From Utricularia gibba (taxonomy: Eukaryota > Plantae > Magnoliophyta), in contig NEEC01000054.1 of the NCBI GenBank assembly GCA_002189035.1, forward strand, positions 1-43,016: DNA of 43,016 nt. Reading direction: 5' to 3'. Position 1 is the stretch's first letter, and each line of letters begins with the position of its first letter. Positions 26,022-35,500 of the stretch are shown piece after piece. The notes beneath the pieces are model-generated. The model saw only the letters and a list, made by a program, of their open reading frames with translations. It made no database searches and had not been told where the DNA came from. Position numbers and translations under genes: made by a program.

Positions 26022-26921
26022 TGTAACGATGTACGAAACAAGGTACCAATGCTACCCTCAAACTCGTCTGATTGATGTTCATATGTGATGGAAAGGAAGC
26101 TCCAGACGAAGGGATGGCCGGGAGTAGTTCACAAGAAGCCAAGAAGGGCGAAAGAGGGTGTGCAGGAGGGCTGTCGCATAGAGGTTGGCGCGCAGAATTG
26201 CGCGCGCGCGCGCGCGGGTCATTGGTCGCAACATGTGCGAAACACGGGACCAGCAGAGCGAATTAAGGCATGATTGGAACAAGATATGACAAGGACTCAG
26301 TCAAGGGAAGTTACCGAATCAAGGGGAGCCAAATGTGGAAATTATGGTCATGGGGAAAGGTTCCCCAATTCAAGGGACCAAATCTGTGAGATATGGAAAT
26401 ATCCATACCAAGGGGGAGGCTAACCTCTATATAAGCGGAAGGGTCGAAGCTCTCCTTCCTCCCCCACTCCCCACACCACGAAGGCGCAAGGCTGAAGGGC
26501 TCAAGGCTAGACGAACATCCATAAGAGTGGGAGGGAAGGAGGTTCTTCGATCCGGTAAGGGGATTTCCATACGGTTTAGTGACTAACATGGGTGTTCAAT
26601 GTGTCAAGGGCACAGGTTACGGTATTGAACGTATCAGGGGCACAGAACATGAGTCAGAGGTCATAGGGGTCGATGCAATCAAGGGGAGGGAAGGGGAGAT
26701 GGCCACCCCAACCCAAAGGCAATGCGCTTGCGCGGGATTTACGCCACTCAAGGAGCCTTCGGGCATACAGGGGCTGAAAAGCCAATCAAGGGAGAACATT
26801 CTGGTTCAATCAAGGGGCATCGACCATAGAGGATCAAGGGAGGGTCTTAGGACCACACAGAATGTTACACGAACCACGGATTTCTTCTTTCCTTGTCATT
26901 GCGCATAGGAATTGTGTTACA
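26022..26921 (+). mobile_element. 3' LTR (900 bp) of the gypsy element
   Basis: Starts TGTAAC immediately after the PPT and ends GTTACA (6-bp terminal inverted repeat, TG...CA). TATATAAG at 26428-26435, (CG)8 at 26201-26216, recurring ATCAAGGG motif. No 5' LTR is present, so the TSD cannot be verified. Confidence 0.88.
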
Positions 26922-26952
26922 ATAGACTAACCCCTTACTGGTCATGTAGGTA
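26761..26952 (+). repeat. Right copy of 192-bp inverted repeat (last 161 bp of LTR + 31 bp flank)
   Basis: Reverse complement of 25404-25595. Confidence 0.96.
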
Positions 26953-27069
26953 CTGCTGGAGATGAGTCATTGGAAGGGGCGGATGGCGAGGGTGGAGTGG
27001 CTGAGTAGTGGAGTCCTAGGCGAACAACGCGACTAGAGCGCAACCCCTTACAATAGACTAACCCCTTAC

Positions 27070-28557
27070 GTGTGAACCACGCCCGTGTGGCATGGCATTG
27101 TAATGTATACACGTTCTAAATTGCTCCTAACGGCCGAACGCTAATTAAGATTTAAAATAAATGAATATGCACTCGATCCAAAGTATACCTAAGGATCTAA
27201 GGCTAATAAAAATATGAAAGTAAAAAATATACGCTCGATCCGCAGCATACCTAACGTTCGAATGCTAAAAACAATATTAAAATAAAAAAATAGTAAATAT
27301 GATCTGAATCATAACCAAGGATCGAATGCTAATTAAAATGACTAAAGTAAAAACACACACTCCATCCAAAGTACAACTGAGGATCAACTGGCAATAATTA
27401 AATCACAGAAGCTTTCTTAGTTATCCTACGGTTTAATAAATAATATATTTCAATTATTTATAATTTAATAAATATATATCATATGATTATGATTAGGGAT
27501 GCACCTGGGTTGGATCCATTCAGGTTCGGACCCAACCTGATGAAATTCTGGGTATTACAGGTTGCATGACCCGAACGGGTTAACCCGACGGGTTTTGATT
27601 GGGCCCGAACCGAAACAAGGGTTTATCAATTTTATTTTTTATTTTTAGCTTATTGTATTTTATGATTGTTTGCTTTGTTCCACGGCCGTATGGCCTTGTG
27701 GCTGCTGCTCGAGCACGCGGGCATAAACCAAGCCCATGTGGCCTCGTAGTGCTGCTGCGTATGCACACGGGCTGGGGGTCGCGCCGGGCATGAGCCCAAA
27801 GTCAGTTTTAGCCCGGCGAAAAAAGTGATGCATTTCTTAACATTGGGTTATCATGAGCCGCCTAATTTTTTTTCATGGCACACCATCTAGTTTTGCGGGG
27901 GCGCTCTCGAGGGGCCCTTGGCTTGGGCCCCGAGTTCGGTCTGGCTGATGAGCCCAGTCTGGTCCCACTCGACGAAAATCGTGACACATTTATTGAAATG
28001 AGGATATCACGTGCACCCAACATGGTTTCTTCAACAACACGCTTTATACTTGTGGAGACGCTCTCGGGGGCACTCGAATCTGCCCAGAGGTCGTACCAGG
28101 CTCGAGCCCAAAGTCATTGTAACACGGCAAAAAAAGTGATGCATTTATTAACTTTGGGTTTTCACGAGCCGCACAAATTGTTTTCCATGGAACACCTTCT
28201 AGTTTTGGGGGGAGGGGGGCGGGTGCTCTCGAGGGGCACCTAGTTCGGTCCCCGTGTTCGATCTGGCTCGGGAGCCTGGTCCAGTCCGACTCGATGAAAA
28301 TCGTGACGCATTTGTTGAAGTTAGGATGTCACGAGAACCCCACACGGTTTTTTCAACAGCACACTTTATACTTAACAAGGAGCTCTTGGGGGCACCCGGA
28401 TCGGACCAGAGGTCTTGCCAAACTCGGGCCCAAAGTCAGTTGTAGCCCGCCAAAAAAAGTGATGCATATTTTAAGGTTGGGTTGTCTCGAGACGCGTATA
28501 TTGTTTTTAAAGGAACACCTCCGCGTATTGTGGCGGGTGCTCGCGAAGGGCACTTGG
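27070..28557 (-). repeat. Diverged partial satellite monomer, reverse orientation (block R0, ~0.6 monomer)
   Basis: Reverse complement of the monomer from the VNTR edge through the left palindrome arm and the 300-bp sub-repeats, with many transitions. Similarity ends at ...GAAGGGCACTTGG (28557). Confidence 0.93.
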
Positions 28558-28661
28558 ATAGTGTCAGGGTTAAAATACGACCCTTGTTTTCGGTTGAAGA
28601 GCAGTCCACCTATTCATCGGTTTGTGTGTGGTACTGGATCACCAGGGCTGTCTTCATGGGT

Positions 28662-28712
28662 TGGGCCTCTGATGTTGCTTCTTGGGCCAGCTGTCTTGAG
28701 TGTTGAGGCCCA
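28662..28712 (+). promoter_or_regulatory. Three site II elements (TGGGCY) in the NOP56 proximal promoter
   Basis: TGGGCC at 28662-28667 and 28683-28688, GGCCCA at 28707-28712, ~175-225 bp upstream of the ATG. Site II clusters are characteristic of plant ribosome-biogenesis and translation gene promoters. Confidence 0.6.
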
Positions 28713-28885
28713 AGGATGTTAAGGCCTTTCTCACAGTCTAATCGAGGGCTGCTTCTCCTGGAGGGAGCAGAGGTGTGCGGCGTTCTTCTTCGCGAGTTGA
28801 GACTTCCCGGATCTTCGCTGCTCCATCATTCGCTGACAGGACACCGCAGCCTCCAGTAAGCCACTGCCTTCTCGGGCCGTCGTCG

Positions 28886-31447
28886 ATGGCGCTGTACGTG
28901 CTGTACGAGTCAGCCTCGGGATACTCCTTGTTCGTGGCTAAGGAGATTGATGAAATCAGTCAGAATACAGAAGCTGTTCGCGGGTCTATTGCGGACCTGA
29001 ATCGTTTTGGAAAGGTGGTGAATTTGGTTGCCTTTAGTCCCTTCGCATCCGCGCTCGACGCTCTTAACCAGTGCAATGCAGTCTCTGAAGGTAGGTTCCA
29101 AAGGCTAAACTTGAATAAGAACTTAGTAAACTTCAAGGAGCAAGAGTTGGTTTTTCTATATTCTAAGCATGCTTGTTTTGAATATTACGTGCTTGTTTGG
29201 AAATGAATGCCGTGTTTACAGGTTCTGAATATTACGTGCTTTCCTTTCTCCTCATCAATACTGATATTTTTTTTTCCATGTACCATTATGGTTGAAGGTG
29301 GACTCGTGCCCTGTTATTGCAGATATTTCCATTTAATTTAGTAGTATGCCTGGAACTGTACTGTAACTAAAGATTCTGCTAGCTTAATGTGGGAATATAC
29401 AGCATGCATATCAATTGCTGTACATATGGTTTTGAGTACATATTAACTGTGCCTACGTGGTATTCCTTTTTGGGTGGCTAGGTCAGATGACACCTGAATT
29501 AAGGAGTTTCTTGGCGTTAAATTTGCCTAAAGTGAAGGAGAGCAAGAAACAAAAATTCAGCCTTGGAGTTGCAGAGCCGAAGCTGGGATCACATGTTTAT
29601 GAAGTGACTAAAATTCCATGCCAAAGCAATGAGTTTATTCTGGAGATTATCCGAGGAATTCGGCTACACTTTGCTCAGTTCATCAAAAACTTAAAGGTTG
29701 GCCACTTTTTTCTGTATATTGAGCTAATTTTCAAGGGTATATTTTATCCATTTATACTTTTCGTATTGCTTTGTGTTGAACAACGGCAGCCTGGAGATTT
29801 AGAGAAAGCACAACTTGGTCTAGGGCACAGCTATAGCAGGGCAAAGGTCAAGTTTAATGTGAATCGTGTGGACAATATGATTATTCAGGCGATTTTTTTA
29901 TTGGACACCCTAGATAAGGACGTCAATTCCTTTTCGATGAGAATAAGGTTGGTGCTTTCCTTTCATGATGCTGTCTGCATAATTGCAGTTGCATCAAAGG
30001 CATTAACTATACTTCATTTTGTACTGGTATTGGATGTCTAGTGTAGTTGTGCTTTATGTTTGGTGGACTGTATCAATGCATTCTATCATGATTTTTATAG
30101 GGAATGGTACTCTTGGCATTTTCCCGAGTTAGTGAAAATTGTCACCGACAATTATTTGTACGCAAAAGTTGCAAAGTATGTGGAGGACAAATCTAAGTTG
30201 TCGGAAGACCATTTATCAGGTCTCACAGACATAGTTGGGGATGAAGACATGGCAAGGGAAATCACAGAAGCTGCCAAAGCATCCATGGGTATGTTTGTTA
30301 AGATGTGCCATGTATAGGTCATTGCTTATGATTGTCATGCCGTCTATATTGTGTTGTCTACCATGGATCTATGCTTACATGGATTTCTATTGTCAGGTCA
30401 GGATCTCTCACCCGTCGATTTAATTAATGTAAAGCTATTTGCACAGAGGGTGATGGACCTTGCCGAGTACAGAAAGAAGCTTCATGACTATTTGGTTACC
30501 AAAATGAATGATATAGCCCCCAATTTGGCTGCATTGATTGGTGAAGTAGTTGGTGCCCGTTTAATTTCACATGCTGGTAGTCTTACGAACTTGGCCAAGT
30601 GCCCCTCATCAACTCTTCAGATTCTTGGTGCAGAGAAAGCTCTGTTCAGGTATATTTCTCAAGGTGCCTATTTCTTCTTGGCTGCTATTGATACATGGTT
30701 TTTTTTTTTTAATGTATGTTTTCTTTGTTATCTCCAGGGCATTAAAAACACATGGGAACACTCCAAAATATGGACTTATTTTTCACTCTTCATTCATTGG
30801 TCGGGCAGCTGCTCGAAATAAAGGACGCATGGCTCGTTATCTTGCCAACAAATGCTCCATTGCGTCTCGTATTGACTGTTTCTTGGGTAACTAGGCATTC
30901 CCTCTCTGAATTGTTTATTAGATCTCATGTGTAACGAATTAACCGTGTAGATAAATATGCATCTGTATCACAGAGAAGAATACAAATGCTTTTGGAGAGA
31001 AGCTACGGGAACAAGTGGAGGAGCGATTAGACTTTTATGACAACGGTGTTGCTCCTAGGAAGAATATTGACGTGATGGTGTCTGCTCTAAAAACTGTCGA
31101 TATTAAAGGTTTTGATTACTCTCTTTGAAACTATTACTTGATGCAGGCAGCCGTTTGTTGGTTGATCCCTTTTCATTAACATTAGCAGGTGGACATATTT
31201 TTATCCTAACCCCCCATTTGTTTTGATATCCACAATATGCAGAGAATGGGGAGGCAACTGAACCAGTGAAGGGGGGAATGTTGAGGAGGACAAGCCCGCA
31301 ACTGAGAAGAAGAAAAAGAAAGAGAAGCGAAAACGAGATGCAGAGGAAGATGAAGCAGCAAAAGTGGAGTCTAATGGAATTGGTAGTGAAACTGTAGGCA
31401 TGAAAAAGAAGAAGAAAAAAAAAGGCAAAGACAGGAGGACAGACTAA
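28886..31447 (+). CDS. NOP56: Nucleolar protein 56 (box C/D snoRNP core protein), 8 coding exons; apparent -1 frameshift in last exon
   Basis: Exons 28886-29090, 29482-29696, 29790-29947, 30101-30288, 30397-30649, 30738-30886, 30974-31108, 31243-31447. All introns are GT-AG with consistent phases. Translation includes [13 protein letters not shown]..., [99 protein letters not shown] and [16 protein letters not shown], matching plant NOP56 as recalled. As read, the ORF stops at 31395-31397 (485 aa). The K/E-rich tail ending at 31445-31447 (502 aa) needs one more G in the run at 31271-31276. Confidence 0.95.
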
Positions 31448-31699
31448 TGCAGGGCACGGGTCGAGTCCCGACGGTGAACTCGTCGGGTCAATATGTACTG
31501 GGCGGATTCAGACGGGTCGACCTGTCATGGGTCAAACCTCTACCCGACCCGTAACGAGTTAGACTCGTCATCTACAGTTTTTTTTTTTGTTTTTTGGTGA
31601 CTTGAACTTGAAAGTAGATGATTAATGACTTGTCCTTCGCCTCTCTCTCCATGCTCAGGTTCTCACACGACGATGCTCATGTTCTCACACCACGTCGTT

Positions 31700-32501
31700 T
31701 TACCCTTGTCAGAAGTGTTTGATTAGCGTTTTACTTATATATAACATGTTTGTAATTTAAAGTAATTCAAAATCTAATAATAAGAATAATAAAATGTGAT
31801 ACATTGTTTTTGTTAAAAAAAATTTCAATATTATATTAAAGATAAAAAAATGAAATAAATTTCATGTATAAATATCAAACATATGATAAGATGGAATATC
31901 AAAATTAGATTATATAAAAAATTTATTATTAATATATATTGTATATCAAAAGAAATTATTATATAAGACAAGTGAGTATTTATAATATTCATGTATCAAA
32001 AGAAATCATTAAATTTTAAAACTTAAATCCAAAATAAAATAAAAAAAACTAAATCCTAAATATTAAAACCTATTAAAATTGAAATGTTACATTCCAAATT
32101 CAAAATATATTGTTGAGGTAAAATATAAAAAAAATCTAATTTTTTTTATGATTAGCAAAATATTTATAAAAGTAGGGTAAATTGTAAAGGGAATAAAAAA
32201 GTTGAGGTATTTGCCCTGTTTGCACATGAATCACTAGAATGCAATTAGTACTTCATATTAAATTAAAACATTTAAAAATCTCAACACCAATGATAACATG
32301 ATAGGAGATCAGTATACTACTTCAAGTAATGTGTGAATCATCATCATCATTCGCCTCATCATATGTAGTAATATTATGCAACCTTAATTCTGCCTAAAAA
32401 AGTCAGAAGATTGAGGTATTAAGTAGATAAAAACAGCACTGAAAAATTATAAAAATATATTTTGAAATTATATAAAACTATTTAGCCAAAGAGTGGATTG
32501 A
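31700..32501. other. Very AT-rich unique spacer between NOP56 and the satellite
   Basis: Low-complexity A/T-rich sequence with no ORF in the track and no recognisable element termini. Confidence 0.5.
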
Positions 32502-35500
32502 TTCGGTCTTTAGATATGATTCGGATCGAGTGGATATGATTTATTTTAAACTTGTATTAACGCTCGATCCTTAGGAGCAATTTGGATCGTGTCTACATTG
32601 CAAGGGCACACGGGCGTGGGTTGTGCGTAAACCACGCCCGTGTGGCCTTGTGGTGCTGCAGCGTGTGGGCACGGGCGTGGTTTATGCGTAAACCACGTCC
32701 GTGTGGCATGGCATTGTAATGTATACACGTTCTAAATTGCTACTAACGGTCGAACGTTAATTAAGATTTAAAATAAATGAATATGCACTCGATCCAAAGT
32801 ATACCTAAGGATCTAAGGCTAATAAAAATATGAAAGTGAAAAATATACGCTCGATCCGCAGCATACCTAACATTCAAATGCTAATAAAAAATATTAAAAT
32901 AAAAAATACGCGCTCGACCCGCATTATACTTAAGGATCGAATGATAATAAAAATATTTAAAGTAAAAAAATAGCAAATATGATCTGAATCATAACCAAGG
33001 ATCGAATGCTAATTAAAATGACTAAAGTAAAAATACACACTCCATCCAAAGTACAACTGAGGATCAAATGGTAATAATTAAGTCAAAGAAGCTTTCACAG
33101 TTATCCTACGGTTTAATAAATAATGTATTTCAATTATTTATAATTTAATAAACCTATATCATATGATTATGATTAGAGATGGGCCTGCGTTGGATCCATT
33201 CAGGTTCGGACCCAACCCGATGAAATTCTGGGTATTACAGTTTGCATGACCCATGGGGTTGTCTTTCTGTTCAACCCGAACGGGTTAAACCCTACGGGTT
33301 TTGATTGGGCCCGAACCGAACCAAGGGTTTATCAATTTTATTTTTTATTTTTGGCTTATTGTATTTTATGGTTGTTTTTCTTTTTTTCCACAGCCGTATG
33401 GCCTTGTGGCTGCTGCTCGAGCACGCGGGCATTAACCAAGCCCATGTGGCCTCGTGGTGCTGCTGCGTATGCACACGGGCTGGGGTCGCGCCGGGCATGA
33501 GCCCAAAGTCAGTTTTAGCCCGGCGAAAAAAGGGATGCATTTCTTAGCGTTGGGTTATCACGAGCCGCCTAATTTTTTTTCATGGAACACCATCTAGTTT
33601 TGTGGGGGGCGCTCTCGAGGGGCCCTTGGCTTGGGCCCCGGGTTCGGTCTGGCTGATGAGCCCAGTCTGGTCCCACTCGGCGAAAATCGTGACACATTTG
33701 TTGAAATTAGGATGTCACGTGCACCCAACATGGTTTTTTCAACAACACGCTTTATACTTGTGGAGACGCTCTCGGGGGCACTCGAATCTTCCCATACGTC
33801 GTACCAGGCTCGAGCCCAAAGTCATTGTAGCCCGGCAAAGAAAGTGATGCATGTATTAACTTTGGGTTGTCACGAGCCGCCTAAATGGTTTTCCATGGAA
33901 CACCTTCTAGTTTTGGGGGGAGGGGAGCGGGCGCTGCGCCTCGTCCGGGCCCCGGGAGCCCGGTCCCGTCCGACTCGACGAAAATCGTGATGCATTTGTT
34001 GAAGTTAGGATGTCACGAGAACCGCACACGGTTTTTTTCAACAACACACTTTATACTTAAGGAGGAGCTCTCGGGGGGCACCCTGATCGGGACGGAGGTC
34101 GTGCTGAACTCGGGCCCAAAGTCAGCAGTAGCGCGCCAAAAAAAGTGATGCATTTATTAACGTTGGGTTGTGACGAGACGCGTATATGGTTTTTGAAGGA
34201 ACACCTCCTCGTATTGAGGCGGGCGCTCTCGAGGGGCCCTTGGCTCGGGCCCCGGGTTCGGACGGGCTCATGGGCCCACTCGACGAAAATCATGATGCAT
34301 TTGTTGAAATTGGGATGTCACGTGCACCCCACATTTGTTGAGCGAGGACGGACAATTTTAGAGACTCGATGAGCCATTCTTCGATCAGCGTCCTACTATC
34401 TAGTTCAAACTCAAAGTCACATTATTCTTGCACAATTTCGTATGAATGAATATGGGATATGATCCGTTGGAAGCCCAAGTGTTAGAGAATTTTACTGAAT
34501 CTGCTGAGCAAGGGGTTGTGAGTTCATAACAGCTGTTGAAACCTCTCCAGGGTGGTGTACGTGGCGTGATGACCTTTCTACAATGACAAAAAAAATATTT
34601 TTATAATCATGTGATATACGTTTATTAAAATATAAATAATGTAAATACGTTAGTTATTAAAGCATATACTACATGTGAAAGTTTCTTAGTTTTTAATTTT
34701 ATTAGCATTCGACCCTTAGTTATACTTTGGATGGAGTGTGCATTTTTATTTTAATCATTTTAATTAGCATTCGATCCTTAGTTATGATTCCAATCGAGTG
34801 TATATTTTTTATTTGAACGATTCTATTTGCATTCGATTCTAAGATATGATGCGGATCGAGCGTATATTTTTTTTTTTAATATTTTTATTAGCTTTCGGTC
34901 TTTAGATATGATTCGGATCGAGTGGATATGGTTTACCTGAAACTTGTGTTAACGCTCGATCCTTAGGAGCAATGTGGAGCGTGTTTACATTGCAAGGGCA
35001 CACGGGCGTGGGTTGTGCGTAAACCACGCCCGTGTGGCCTTGGGGTGCTGCAGCGTATGCACACGGGCGTGGGTTGTGCGTAAACCACGCCCGTGTGGCC
35101 TTGTGGTGCTGCAGCGTGTGGACACGGGCGTGGTTTACGCGTAAACCACGTCTGTGTGGCATGGCATTGTAATGTATACACGTTCTAAATTGCTCCTAAC
35201 GGTCGAACGCTAATTAAGATTTAAAATAAATGAATATGCACTCAATCCAAAGTATACCTAAGGATCTAAGGCTAATAAAAATATGAAAGTGAAAAATATA
35301 CGCTCGATCCGCAGCATACCTAACGTTCGAATGCTAATAAAAAATATTAAAATAAAAAATACGCGCTCGACCCGCATTATACTTAAGGATCGAATGATAA
35401 TAAAAATATTTAAAGTAAAAAAATAGCAAATATGATCTGAATCATAACCAAGGATCGAATGCTAATTAAAATGACTAAAGTAAAAATACACACTCCATCC

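Noticed and set aside
26200-26216. (CG)8 tract with Z-DNA potential in the LTR
   Set aside because: A short microsatellite inside an LTR, with no evidence of function from the sequence.
28775-28885. 37-codon upstream extension of NOP56 from a GTG start in the ORF track
   Set aside because: Homology to NOP56 begins at ATG 28886 (MALY...). The upstream part is most likely 5' UTR.
29697-29789. NOP56 intron 2 is 93 nt, in frame and stop-free (retention would add 31 aa)
   Set aside because: Expected by chance for some short introns. It has canonical GT-AG ends and T-rich composition, and there is no evidence of retention.
29091-31242. Intronic box C/D snoRNAs, as hosted by vertebrate NOP56
   Set aside because: No canonical RTGATGA...CTGA pair with a terminal stem was found by eye (best is ATGATGC in intron 3). 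A snoRNA covariance search would be needed to exclude them fully.
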